Virus record (IMG/VR): IMGVR_UViG_3300045988_150584
Source: a virus
Strand: one strand, 5' to 3'
DNA: 64,000 nucleotides
A model generated the notes under the pieces. It was not told the origin of the DNA. It worked only from the letters and a program-made list of their open reading frames with translations, and did no database searches. The position numbers and the translations under genes were made by a program. Positions 32,678-41,659 of this stretch are shown piece by piece. Positions within the stretch are counted from its first letter, which is position 1. Every line of letters begins with the position of its first letter.

Positions 32678-35600
32678 ATGAAATACAAATATTTAGGTCA
32701 GTCGATTCCGCAAGATAGCCGTCGTGAATTAAATAATAAGATCCTTTATCTTGTAGATAACGATTTGGCTGAGTCTTCTGGTATTACCTGCGAGGATATC
32801 TATAACGCTTACACTGGTGATGGTGGATTGCACGGTCTGCACTATTCTGATTACAACAGCTATTCCGAATACTCCAGCGCAAAGAAAGAAATTGAAAACG
32901 GTCAATTTTTCACACTGGATAGCGTATGCAAGTTTATCATGGATTGTCTCTCGTTGAGCAATCAGGATGTCTTTGCAGATCTGACATGTGGGATGGGCAA
33001 TTTTTTCAATTACGCGCCGATGGAGACAAACGCTTATGGTTGCGAATTGGATGCGAAAGCTTATAAGGTTGCACATTATCTATATCCAAAAGCAAATTTG
33101 ACCTGTGGAGATATTCGCAGTTATGAACCTGGTATCAAGCTGGACTATGTTGTTGGGAATCCGCCTTTCAATCTTCGTTGGTGGGTGGATGGCGCACAGA
33201 TTCTTTCTCAGCTTTACTATTGCCAGAAAGCCGCAGCTTTGCTAAAGCCTATGGGCATTATGGCGCTTGTTGTGCCGAAATCATTTCTGGCAGATGATTT
33301 TAGTGACGGCGGATTGGTTAAGGAGATGGAAAATCATTTTAGTTTCCTTGGTCAGTTTATGCTTCGCGCAGATACCTTTGCATCAACGGGCGTTGCCGAT
33401 TATGAGACAAAGGTACAGTTTTGGCAGCGAAATAGCGATATGGATAGCTGGAAACGGAATCCATACTCCACAGAGATGACGATGCAAGTGGATTGTATGA
33501 ACGCAACTATGGTCAGAAAAGTTCGTGAACAGATCGTAGCGGATGCTCAGGCAGTATTCGTGAAAAATCGTTCGCATATTTTACTGGAACTCGCAAGAGA
33601 TCACGATTCATCTGCTGAGTTTTTGTACAAAGTGAAGAAATACCTATATACAATTAAAACGCACCCAAATCTCAAAGAAAAATACACGAAATGCTGTGAA
33701 TATCTTAACCGTTATTATACGGAGAAGCAGCCTGAAAGTATGTCTTATGAAGAGTGGTGTCGCGTCCGCTTGACGGAGGCAAAAGTATTAGCTTATTTGC
33801 GGAATGTCGTAAAGCATCAGCATCCCGCTCAGTACGAAGATAAGATTTGTCTTGTAAAGCGGGACTATGATCTTGTGTATAAGGCATATAGCCCCAAAAT
33901 GGCGCGTCAATTATCGGATGGGATGAAAACGCCTACTCCGATTTATGATATTGCCATCAGCGAAGAAGATACGGAGCGGTATGGAAGATACGCTCGGCTT
34001 CTGCGTCGTAAACAGCACGAATACGGTGTTGAACAGCAAAAGTTTTCTGAAATGATTGAAGATACCGACATTAAGTCGTGGTTGGATGGTTTTGTTCTGC
34101 ATGACGAAGAAAATGAAGAAGATATTATGCTGAACGATTTGCAAAAACACGACATCAATCTTGTTCTACAAAAGCGATATGCTCTTTTGCAGTGGGAACA
34201 GGGCTGCGGTAAGACACTTGCCGGTATTGCTATCGGTCGTTATAGGATGGAACAGCAGAATGCGTTTTGCACATTTGTTGTCTCTTCTGCAATCTCAATA
34301 AAGAATACCTGGGATGTTATGCTCCCTAATTTCGGAGTCAGATATGTCATGGTGAACAGGCTCGTTGATCTTGACAAGGTGCAGCGTGGAGATTTTGTCC
34401 TCATTACACTGAACAAGCTTGGCAAATATCGTAAGCAAGTAAAGCGCTGGGTAAGGATTCATAATCAAAATATCGCACTTTGCTTTGATGAGAGCGACGA
34501 GATGACGAATCCATCCAGTTTACGCACGAAGTCTGTGCTGGACTGCTTTCGCCGCTGCCGTTTTAAGCTTGAGATGACTGGTACAAGTACACGGAATAAT
34601 ATCAGCGAGTTTGCACCGCAGTTGGAATTGGCCTATAACAATTCGTTCAACATGATTTCCTGGTGCAATACGATTTATCATTATGATCGAGCCAGCAAGA
34701 AAGACGGCGTTGAAGAAGGTCTCCATGTATACGGGAATCCGTATTATGGACAGCCTATCCCCGCATATCACAAGGGGTATAACCTTTTTGCAGATTCTCA
34801 CCTTCCGGAAAAGATCACGGTCTTTGGCGTTGGACAGAGAACGCAGGATATTTATAATGCGGACGAACTGGATAACATTCTTTCCAGATTTGTGATTACA
34901 CGGACGCTGGAAGAAATCTCTGGCAGAGATATCAAGCGTATCCACCAAGTCCCCGTTCGTTTTACGGAAAGCGAACGCGCGGTTTATACCAAAGCGATTG
35001 AAGAGTTTCATGTCATGCGTAGCAATTATTTTGCTTCGACTGGAAATTCTCGCAAGGATTCCATGATGCGACTTATTCAGCAAATTACGCTATTGCTCAG
35101 GATCAGCGCAGCTCCTAATACAATTCGTGAGTATGACGGAGGTTTGCCGACGAAAATTGCAAAAGTGATTGAGATGCTGCAGAGCATGGACGGCGAGATC
35201 GTAGCTGTCGGTGTACGGCACAAGGTTGTTGTTGATGCTTATGCAAAGGCAATTCGAGAAATCATGCCAGACAGACCTTTGTTTGTCGTTACTGGATCTA
35301 CTACTACGCTTGCAAAGCGTAGAGCATTGCGTAAGATCTTAAAAGAAAGCAAGAATGGAATCTTACTTTGTACGCAGCAAAGCTTGCCAAGTTCTGTGAG
35401 CTTTGAATATGTGGATAAGGTAATAATTCCTGAGCTGCACTACAACAATTCTCGGATGAGCCAGTTTTATATGCGCTTTATTCGTTTTACTTCTGAGCGG
35501 ATGAAAGATATCTATTTTGTTACCTATCTTGGAAGCATTGAGTCGAACCAGATGCAGATGGTGCTTGCCAAGGAAAAGATCAATATGTTCATGCGAGGGA

Positions 35601-35731
35601 AAGATACCGACTTGGATGAAATCTATAATCGGTTTGGTGTGGACTATAATCTTCTGTCTGCTCTGATGTCACGCGAGATGGATGAGAACGGGAAGTTCCA
35701 TATCCGGTGGGGTGAACAAGAAATTGCATGA
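32678..35731 (+). CDS. N6-adenine DNA methyltransferase fused to an SNF2/DEAD-like helicase
   Basis: N-terminus: DLTCGMGNFF (SAM motif I) and VVGNPPFNLRW (NPPF motif IV). Centre and C-terminus: LLQWEQGCGKTLAGIAI (Walker A), CFDESDEM (DExx) and a helicase C-like region. 1017 aa. Confidence 0.85.
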   Translation: MKYKYLGQSIPQDSRRELNNKILYLVDNDLAESSGITCEDIYNAYTGDGGLHGLHYSDYNSYSEYSSAKKEIENGQFFTLDSVCKFIMDCLSLSNQDVFADLTCGMGNFFNYAPMETNAYGCELDAKAYKVAHYLYPKANLTCGDIRSYEPGIKLDYVVGNPPFNLRWWVDGAQILSQLYYCQKAAALLKPMGIMALVVPKSFLADDFSDGGLVKEMENHFSFLGQFMLRADTFASTGVADYETKVQFWQRNSDMDSWKRNPYSTEMTMQVDCMNATMVRKVREQIVADAQAVFVKNRSHILLELARDHDSSAEFLYKVKKYLYTIKTHPNLKEKYTKCCEYLNRYYTEKQPESMSYEEWCRVRLTEAKVLAYLRNVVKHQHPAQYEDKICLVKRDYDLVYKAYSPKMARQLSDGMKTPTPIYDIAISEEDTERYGRYARLLRRKQHEYGVEQQKFSEMIEDTDIKSWLDGFVLHDEENEEDIMLNDLQKHDINLVLQKRYALLQWEQGCGKTLAGIAIGRYRMEQQNAFCTFVVSSAISIKNTWDVMLPNFGVRYVMVNRLVDLDKVQRGDFVLITLNKLGKYRKQVKRWVRIHNQNIALCFDESDEMTNPSSLRTKSVLDCFRRCRFKLEMTGTSTRNNISEFAPQLELAYNNSFNMISWCNTIYHYDRASKKDGVEEGLHVYGNPYYGQPIPAYHKGYNLFADSHLPEKITVFGVGQRTQDIYNADELDNILSRFVITRTLEEISGRDIKRIHQVPVRFTESERAVYTKAIEEFHVMRSNYFASTGNSRKDSMMRLIQQITLLLRISAAPNTIREYDGGLPTKIAKVIEMLQSMDGEIVAVGVRHKVVVDAYAKAIREIMPDRPLFVVTGSTTTLAKRRALRKILKESKNGILLCTQQSLPSSVSFEYVDKVIIPELHYNNSRMSQFYMRFIRFTSERMKDIYFVTYLGSIESNQMQMVLAKEKINMFMRGKDTDLDEIYNRFGVDYNLLSALMSREMDENGKFHIRWGEQEIA

Positions 35732-35735
35732 TGCG

Positions 35736-35770
35736 GTAAGCAAACGCAATATCTTGTGGGTAAATATATC
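35736..35770 (+). promoter_or_regulatory. class-A bipartite motif (copy 9, variant second block)
   Basis: GTAAGCAAA-N14-GGTAAATATATC. Confidence 0.55.
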
Positions 35771-35799
35771 AGAGGACACAAAAAGTCTTTTATCTTAGC

Positions 35800-35821
35800 A
35801 AAGGAGTTAGCAAATCAATAT
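35800..35821 (+). promoter_or_regulatory. class-B motif copy
   Basis: AAAGGAGTTAGCAAATCAATAT followed by TGGAGG. Confidence 0.45.
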
Positions 35822-35969
35822 TGGAGGTGTCATATGGGCTACTCTTTTATCCATCGTCGGCAGATACAATAGCGGAAGCGCATAAGGAATTGGCAAAAGA
35901 GCTGGAAGCGTCAAGAAAGATCGAATAAAATAAGCCTCCCCAAAACGGGGAGGCGGAAAGAGAGCATAT

Positions 35970-36173
35970 ATGGAAGAGACTTTCGTAAGAATGTGCAAGG
36001 TAAATGGTGTAACGCAGCGATTGAAAGATTTCTGGACGGTTTCTGTGAAGGATGGAAAATATGTGATATCAGCTAATGGGCAACCGATTTGTCATGGCGC
36101 TGTTCAACTCGGACAGACATGCGAAGCTATACTTCGTGAGTGCTGCGGCGGAGTATTCAGTAAAGTTAGTTAG
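35970..36173 (+). CDS. hypothetical protein
   Basis: 67 aa. Converges on the ImmA-like gene with an 8-nt overlap. Confidence 0.45.
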   Translation: MEETFVRMCKVNGVTQRLKDFWTVSVKDGKYVISANGQPICHGAVQLGQTCEAILRECCGGVFSKVS

Positions 36174-36780
36174 TAACTCTTTTCTGAAGGTATACACGAC
36201 GCATATCATTCTCCCAGGCGGTTTTTCGATGATATCTTGTCCATTTCACATATTCAGACCAGCGGTGTTCAGATGCTTCTTTGGATAGGCCAAATACGCG
36301 CTTGATATCTGATGGAGATTCAATTCTGAGTACCTCATACAGTGGCATAGGGCAAAGTAATGTGGCTGCAAATTGATCTGCTTCTGCTTCAAATTCCGGA
36401 GCAGTGAGGTTGTTAAAACCGTTTTCTGCAAGCATCGGTTCTGCGACCAGCGGAAGATGTTTTAGGATGACATGTCCAAGCTCATGTGCTTTTGTCCATA
36501 ATCTTCTCCCATCAACATTGTTATCGGCACAATCTTCATTCCACAGGATAAGATAACGGTCGTTTGCAATGTCATAGTGCGTACAGCCAGACTTGCTTTC
36601 ACACAGAATGATTACATCCCGAACGGTACACTGGTTGATTGCAGCAAACTCCTGATAGGTCAGCGCTCTACAGTTTGGTAACTGCGCAAGGATATCGCAG
36701 GTACAGATCGGGAATGAGATGCTGCCCATTCCCCTGTACACTTGCAATACTTGATTGTATATGTAAGGATATCTAATCAC
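36166..36780 (-). CDS. ImmA/IrrE-family zinc metallopeptidase
   Basis: HELGHVILKH (HEXXH). Sits immediately downstream of an XRE repressor. GTG start after GGAGG. Confidence 0.85.
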   Translation of the reverse strand: MIRYPYIYNQVLQVYRGMGSISFPICTCDILAQLPNCRALTYQEFAAINQCTVRDVIILCESKSGCTHYDIANDRYLILWNEDCADNNVDGRRLWTKAHELGHVILKHLPLVAEPMLAENGFNNLTAPEFEAEADQFAATLLCPMPLYEVLRIESPSDIKRVFGLSKEASEHRWSEYVKWTRYHRKTAWENDMRRVYLQKRVTN

Positions 36781-36836
36781 GGATATATACCTCCAGTGGG
36801 ATGTAGTATATCATATTCGGTGTCCAATAAAGCGGA

Positions 36837-37184
36837 CTAATTCTCGTCCTTAAAGGCATATTCAAAGCCCAGTCGGATCATTTTCATCATTTTTTCACGA
36901 TCTTGTGCTGACATTTTTGATTTTGCCCGCTGCAAGGAGACAAAATCATCATCCGATAGCAGTTCTTCCGCAGATGACGGAATGTCTGATAGTCCGATCA
37001 AGTAATCAGATGAAACGCCAAAGTATTTTGCGATGATCTTAACCTTATCAATAGACGGTGAAGTGTTTGTTTTCCATTTGCGGATTAAGGATGTCCCGAT
37101 TCCGAGATCTTCTTCCAATTTTGCCATAGTGATCCCGCGCTCAGCGCAAAGCTCCTTTATTCTAAGATACAAAATTGATTCCAT
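36837..37184 (-). CDS. XRE/Cro-CI family HTH repressor (ImmR-like)
   Basis: LRIKELCAERGITMAKLEEDLGIGTSLIRKWKTNTSPSIDKVKIIAKYFGVSSDYLIG. The start MESILYL follows GGAGG. Confidence 0.9.
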   Translation of the reverse strand: MESILYLRIKELCAERGITMAKLEEDLGIGTSLIRKWKTNTSPSIDKVKIIAKYFGVSSDYLIGLSDIPSSAEELLSDDDFVSLQRAKSKMSAQDREKMMKMIRLGFEYAFKDEN

Positions 37185-37226
37185 GTGGTTGTCCTCCAAT
37201 GCAGATAATATTTTCACGCTTTTCTA

Positions 37227-37255
37227 TTGACAGCGATAAGATATTCTGCTATACT
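37227..37255 (+). promoter_or_regulatory. sigma70-type rightward promoter of the switch
   Basis: TTGACA-17 nt-TATACT. It overlaps operator CGATAAGATATT (37234-37245). Confidence 0.7.
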
Positions 37256-37264
37256 GCGTAGTGT

Positions 37265-37280
37265 CGATAAGATATTATCG
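37265..37280. promoter_or_regulatory. palindromic operator
   Basis: CGATAA-GATA-TTATCG, located between the two predicted transcription start sites. Confidence 0.6.
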
Positions 37281-37291
37281 CTATGGTTGAA

Positions 37292-37320
37292 ATTATAGAC
37301 CATATTTTCACGGTTGTCAA
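37292..37320 (-). promoter_or_regulatory. sigma70-type leftward promoter for the repressor operon
   Basis: Minus strand TTGACA-17 nt-TATAAT, facing the rightward promoter. Confidence 0.7.
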
Positions 37321-37353
37321 CATGATAATCAATATTGGAGGGTGTGTATCAGG

Positions 37354-37797
37354 ATGAATGTATTAAACGGTTCAGAGCAGTATGAGATGAGAGCAGAGGA
37401 TTTTGGTATGGAGAGCGCACAGCCCGATAAGATCGTCCTCCCGTATCTTGGGATGTTATGGGGAGATTTTCTTTTGGATATTATGAACGCTGTATCTCGA
37501 AAGATGGCGCTTCCTCATGACGCATTATATGAGCAGCTTGTAAAACAAGTTTCTGCTGTATTCTCTTTTAATATTCAGCCGGCGCAAATTCGTATTATTG
37601 CCTATGTTGATGTATTCCCGTTTGACGGAACATCGTTTCGTGATCGAGTTTTTGTTCAGGCCAGTAATGATGAAATCGCCTCTGTGTTGGACAGGTTTTT
37701 TCAATGTGGTTGTTGTGGATTAGAAGATGACTATTCTACATATTATCACGAAAAATATATGGCGTGGCGCGAAGCAAAAAAAATAAAACTTATTTAG
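37354..37797 (+). CDS. hypothetical protein (first rightward gene of the switch)
   Basis: MNVLNGSEQYEM.. after GGAGGG. 147 aa. Confidence 0.55.
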   Translation: MNVLNGSEQYEMRAEDFGMESAQPDKIVLPYLGMLWGDFLLDIMNAVSRKMALPHDALYEQLVKQVSAVFSFNIQPAQIRIIAYVDVFPFDGTSFRDRVFVQASNDEIASVLDRFFQCGCCGLEDDYSTYYHEKYMAWREAKKIKLI

Positions 37798-37836
37798 CAA
37801 TTTCCTATTGACAAACGGCTTCCGCTGCGCTATACT
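37789..37836 (+). promoter_or_regulatory. class-B-like element plus sigma70-type promoter
   Basis: cttatttagcaatttcctaTTGACA-17 nt-TATACT. The architecture is near-identical to 18682-18729. Confidence 0.65.
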
Positions 37837-37890
37837 ATCACTTGTAAGGAGCAAGTTAAACAACTTATAATTTGAATAGGAGGGTGGCGC

Positions 37891-38850
37891 GTGGATAACA
37901 GTAGTTACCGTAGCCAGTATATCGCCTCTGATACTGCAAAGGTATCTGAACAATCCGCAAATGCGGTAATTGCATTTTGGAGGCGTGTTGCAAAGGCAGA
38001 GGGTGAAATCGGAAAGAGTCTGGAAGATGGGTATTCAAGAGCAGAATACATCGAACTGATCTCAAAGTTGAATATCACAAGCCCCAATGTCCTGCTTCCT
38101 ACAAAAAGCCGAATCGGAAAGTATTTGAAGTGGCTGCGAGAAAAAGGCGTTCTTGAAAAAGAGTATGTCGATAATCTTTATGCCGTTCGATACAATGCGA
38201 TTAACGCAAATCATGTTTACGACAGCAAGTATTTCAAAGATTTTGAGTCGTTACAATCTGCGATTGAATCTACCTTGTGGGCTGCTGAGAAAGTTGATGA
38301 TAGTGTCTTTGCTCTTCAAATCTCCGCAATTTACTTTGCGTGGCTTGGTTTACACATCGAAGAGGCACTTCAAATCAAGAAAGATGATATTAAAGATGAT
38401 TGTGTAAAAATTGGAGATCGAACCATCATTCCAAACAGTACGATTATGGCGTATCTTTGTGATTACCGTGATGCGGTTGACTACGAGTCTCAGGCAAAGG
38501 GTGTCATTCGTTTGAAGTATATAAACTCCGAATGGCTGTTTCGCACCGCCCGCTCGACGCATGTGGATGTACCTAAGGTAATGAGGATCTTCATTCGTAA
38601 CTTCGGTTTGGCCGGCAATGAAGAAGCAAATATCTTTAATTATGATAAGGTGTACTGGTCTGGCATATTCAGCCGTGCGCATGAATACGAGCAGGAAAAC
38701 GGTGAGATTGAGGCTGGTAACATCCCACTTCTTGAAAAACTATTTAATGAAAAGTATCCGTCTGTTTCTGTAGCGCATAAGCGTTTGCACGAATATCAAG
38801 GTTTCAAGCAGCATTTCTTTTCTGATAGCGCCTCCAACGAGGAAGCTTAA
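37891..38850 (+). CDS. integrase-like protein lacking the canonical catalytic Arg/His/Tyr pattern
   Basis: GTG start after AGGAGGG. AWLGLHIEEALQIKKDDI resembles recombinase box I but has His in place of Arg. No HxxR motif was seen. Confidence 0.4.
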   Translation: MDNSSYRSQYIASDTAKVSEQSANAVIAFWRRVAKAEGEIGKSLEDGYSRAEYIELISKLNITSPNVLLPTKSRIGKYLKWLREKGVLEKEYVDNLYAVRYNAINANHVYDSKYFKDFESLQSAIESTLWAAEKVDDSVFALQISAIYFAWLGLHIEEALQIKKDDIKDDCVKIGDRTIIPNSTIMAYLCDYRDAVDYESQAKGVIRLKYINSEWLFRTARSTHVDVPKVMRIFIRNFGLAGNEEANIFNYDKVYWSGIFSRAHEYEQENGEIEAGNIPLLEKLFNEKYPSVSVAHKRLHEYQGFKQHFFSDSASNEEA

Positions 38851-38875
38851 AAGGCGAAAAGCCTTTTAGGTTTTA
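38851..38875 (+). terminator. weak hairpin terminator
   Basis: aaggc-gaaaa-gcctt followed by tt..tttt. Confidence 0.4.
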
Positions 38876-38876
38876 C

Positions 38877-38898
38877 ATAGGAATTAGCTAAACAAGAT
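38877..38898 (+). promoter_or_regulatory. class-B motif copy
   Basis: ATAGGAATTAGCTAAACAAGAT. Confidence 0.45.
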
Positions 38899-38970
38899 AT
38901 GTCCGAATAGTTTCCGGTGAAACGCAGTTGAGAGCAGGTTCAACTCCTGAGCGGATACAAAGCTAATCTT

Positions 38971-39249
38971 ATGAACGAGAGAGGGGTGATGCGATTGGTT
39001 GGGTGTCAGTATTGCAAGAAAGCTCGTGCTTTCTGGGCTTACGATAGCCACGGAAGTCCTCACGGAAGCTATCAGAACGCACATATTGAGGTTGGAACGA
39101 ATATCTTCCACGATACCGCTGGGCGGCAAATGCGCATTCGTTACTGTCCTATGTGCGGAAGATCTCTGCTGGATACCTCAGATGCGGGGGGGGTAACACA
39201 AGTGTTGTTTCCATTTTTGCAGCCCCGAAATCGTCTCGCCGTATCCTAA
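38971..39249 (+). CDS. Zn-ribbon protein whose C-terminus depends on a G8 tract
   Basis: CQYCKK...CPMCG. G8 lies at 39186-39193; with G7 the protein would stop right after the tract. The start may be 38989. Confidence 0.5.
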   Translation: MNERGVMRLVGCQYCKKARAFWAYDSHGSPHGSYQNAHIEVGTNIFHDTAGRQMRIRYCPMCGRSLLDTSDAGGVTQVLFPFLQPRNRLAVS

Positions 39250-39262
39250 CTTAAATTAAGGA

Positions 39263-39511
39263 GTGTATGAAATGGCTAACAAGCGAAACGACAGCGGTTA
39301 CTTCTGGGTTGATAAGGCTTTGACCTGTAACGGCTGTAAGTTCCTCAACTTTTACAAGTGCGGTTGCCGACGCAACCAAGAGCCTGGAAAGGTTCGTCCG
39401 CTTTCGTCCTATACCAATGGCGATGATTATGTCGCGGTTCTCAAGCCGACGGACTGCGATTATCAGAAAGAGCAGAAGCCGCAGGTCAAGGATGATAAGG
39501 AGAACGAGTAA
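39263..39511 (+). CDS. hypothetical protein
   Basis: AAGGAG RBS. 82 aa. Confidence 0.55.
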   Translation: MYEMANKRNDSGYFWVDKALTCNGCKFLNFYKCGCRRNQEPGKVRPLSSYTNGDDYVAVLKPTDCDYQKEQKPQVKDDKENE

Positions 39512-39681
39512 TGCCCATATTTGTTCTTCTCGTGTTTGTGGGCGCAGCTCTTTTGTGGCTGCTACTATCCTTTGGGTTTATCCCTATCGGTAAGTTATCC
39601 AACAGACTTCTGAAAGATGCTTCCGATGCAATGTCAAAGGATGAAAAAGATGAAAAAATTGAAGATAAGGAAGAAAAATAA
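39511..39681 (+). CDS. small membrane protein (56 aa)
   Basis: TAATG overlap. MPIFVLLVFVGAALLWLLLSFGFIPIG.. with an acidic tail. Below the track's size cutoff. Confidence 0.5.
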   Translation: MPIFVLLVFVGAALLWLLLSFGFIPIGKLSNRLLKDASDAMSKDEKDEKIEDKEEK

Positions 39682-39684
39682 CCT

Positions 39685-40584
39685 ATGAGAAAGAATGGTT
39701 TTGTTGGTGCTATCGTTTTGGCGATCATCATTTTTGGCGGCGTGATTCTCGGTTTTAGCTGCACATCGCGTGTCCCTACCGGTTATGTTGGAGTCGTTTA
39801 TAATATGAACGGCGGCGTTGATGGTGAGGTTCTGAGTCAGGGCTGGCATCTTGTAGCGCCTACAAAGAAAGTAACCACCTATTCTATCGGTTTGGAGCAG
39901 TCCTACCTTACAAGCGAAGAAAAGGGCGATTCTCCGAACGATGAGAGCTTTTCCATTCCGACGTCCGATGGCAAGACTGTCCGTGTAAATCTTGAGTTCT
40001 CTTACAGATTTGACGAAGAGCGTGTTGCTGAAACATTTACGACTTTCAAGGGCAAGTCTGGCGAACAGATCAAGGATACATTTATCAAGCCTAAGATTAT
40101 CGCTTGGACACAGGAAGTCTCCGCCAATTACCCAGTCACGGATATCTTCGGTGACAAGCGCACGGAGATCAACGCCGAGTTGGACACCTATTTGCGCGAC
40201 AAGTTTGATAAGTATGGCATTATTATCGACACGGTAAACTTCACCGATATCAGCGTAGACGATGAAACCGCCGCCGCGATTCAGAAGAAGGTCACTGCGC
40301 AGCAGGAACTTGAACTGGCTAATATCGAAGCTCAGACTGCCAAGGTTCAGGCCGAAAAGGATCGTCAGGTTGCTGAGATCAACGCTGAGAAGCAGATCAT
40401 TGATGCAAATGCAAAGGCTGAGGTAACGCGCATCGAAGCGGAGGCAGAAGCTCAGGCGAACCGTGAGATTGCAGCATCCCTTACCCCGAATCTGATTGAG
40501 AAGATCAAGTACGAGCGCTGGGACGGTGAGCTTCCTACCGTATCTGGTTCTGGAGCAATCGTCAGCATTGACGGCGTTGACTGA
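39685..40584 (+). CDS. SPFH/band-7 (stomatin-prohibitin-like) membrane protein
   Basis: N-terminal TM segment, then GYVGVVYNMNGGVDGEVLSQGWHLVAP.., followed by an Ala/Glu-rich coiled coil. Confidence 0.8.
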   Translation: MRKNGFVGAIVLAIIIFGGVILGFSCTSRVPTGYVGVVYNMNGGVDGEVLSQGWHLVAPTKKVTTYSIGLEQSYLTSEEKGDSPNDESFSIPTSDGKTVRVNLEFSYRFDEERVAETFTTFKGKSGEQIKDTFIKPKIIAWTQEVSANYPVTDIFGDKRTEINAELDTYLRDKFDKYGIIIDTVNFTDISVDDETAAAIQKKVTAQQELELANIEAQTAKVQAEKDRQVAEINAEKQIIDANAKAEVTRIEAEAEAQANREIAASLTPNLIEKIKYERWDGELPTVSGSGAIVSIDGVD

Positions 40585-40597
40585 TCGGAGGCCGTGA

Positions 40598-40882
40598 ATG
40601 AAGAATAAGGTTCGTGATATCCTTGCGGATAAGAAAGTGAAGCTACAAGAATTGACTGCACAGGCAGAAGCGGCGGTTGATCTTGTAACGAGAACAATTT
40701 CTGGTTTGGAGCTTGTCAACCAAGAAATTGATGATACGGTTGCAGAAATTGACAAGTATTCTGCTGAGCTTGCGTGTACGCGACAGGCGCTCAGCAAGAA
40801 TCGTACACACAATACTGCACTCATTGCAAATTTTGCAAAACTTCTGGAAGTTCCGGAAACAGAAAGTCAGCCAGTAGCCTAA
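40598..40882 (+). CDS. coiled-coil protein
   Basis: 94 aa. Confidence 0.5.
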   Translation: MKNKVRDILADKKVKLQELTAQAEAAVDLVTRTISGLELVNQEIDDTVAEIDKYSAELACTRQALSKNRTHNTALIANFAKLLEVPETESQPVA

Positions 40883-40894
40883 TAGCTACTTGTA

Positions 40895-40950
40895 ACGACG
40901 CGAACAGCAATTTTCTTACATATATTTGGGTTATATCGTACATGCGTCGT
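40895..40950 (+). repeat. ACAGCAAT hairpin element (copy S1)
   Basis: ACGACGC-ga-ACAGCAAT-(32 nt)-GCGTCGT. Confidence 0.5.
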
Positions 40951-40978
40951 GTGAAATAAAACTTGGAGGAATGATGTC

Positions 40979-41158
40979 GTGAAGCTGAAGTTCAATGTTG
41001 GTGATCGTGTTTTTGATAAGAAGTACGGTCATGGTGTGGTTCAGAGAGTTGATGCTGGAAACAGCGAGTTCCCGTATCTTATCTTCTATGAAGATGGTAC
41101 GAAGATCTGGTATAAGGCAAAGGGTGTAACTCTTGCCCCTGCGGAACAGCAGGATTAA
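40979..41158 (+). CDS. small protein (59 aa, GTG start)
   Basis: GGAGG-N9-GTG. VKLKFNVGDRVFDKKYGHGVVQRV.. is SH3/Tudor-like. Below the track's size cutoff. Confidence 0.45.
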   Translation: MKLKFNVGDRVFDKKYGHGVVQRVDAGNSEFPYLIFYEDGTKIWYKAKGVTLAPAEQQD

Positions 41159-41170
41159 GTAAGTTAAAAA

Positions 41171-41223
41171 GACGCAAACAGCAATCTAATAAAATCAAAC
41201 TTGAAATTTGACAGGTAAGCGTC
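41171..41223 (+). repeat. ACAGCAAT hairpin element (copy S2) upstream of tRNA-Ser
   Basis: GACGC-aa-ACAGCAAT-(33 nt)-GCGTC. Confidence 0.5.
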
Positions 41224-41237
41224 TTGTGGTGTGATAT

Positions 41238-41328
41238 GGAGTAGTAATCCTAATTGGTAAGGAAGTAGTTTGCTAAACTACCAGTAATCGGGAACGATGT
41301 GCAGGTTCGAGTCCTGTCTACTCTGCCA
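41238..41328 (+). tRNA. tRNA-Ser(GCU)
   Basis: Acceptor GGAGTAG/CTACTCT, anticodon arm GTAGT-TTGCTAA-ACTAC, long variable arm, T-arm GCAGG-TTCGAGT-CCTGT. CCA is encoded. Confidence 0.85.
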
Positions 41329-41490
41329 ACAAAAGCAAGTAGACAAAGAGAAAGTCTGTTCGCAATCGAAGCCGGCAATCATTGATTATTTTGTCCGCTT
41401 TCTTCACGGTAACTGCATGGCAGTAGTGCGAATACAAAACAGATTGGGTTCTGTTGTATGGGAGTGTGGCCTATACCTTGCTTGATATAT

Positions 41491-41577
41491 GCTGATGTGA
41501 TGGAACTGGCATACATGGGGGACTTAAAATCCCCCGCCGATTGTGGATTATGGGTTCGACTCCCATCATCAGCACCA
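41491..41577 (+). tRNA. tRNA-Leu(UAA)
   Basis: Acceptor GCTGATG/CATCAGC, anticodon arm GGGGA-CTTAAAA-TCCCC, long variable arm, T-loop GGGTTCGACTCCC. CCA is encoded. Confidence 0.85.
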
Positions 41578-41659
41578 GCCGTTGTGATGATCGGCTTTCA
41601 TCTCCTTCTTTGTGTGACGGTGGGACAGACCACTACTGCCGTGTAAGTGCGGCATAAAT

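Noticed and set aside
35934-35954. Hairpin gcctcccc-aaaac-ggggaggc as a rho-independent terminator.
   Set aside because: No T-tract follows it (ggaaag). Its function is unknown, so it was not called a terminator.
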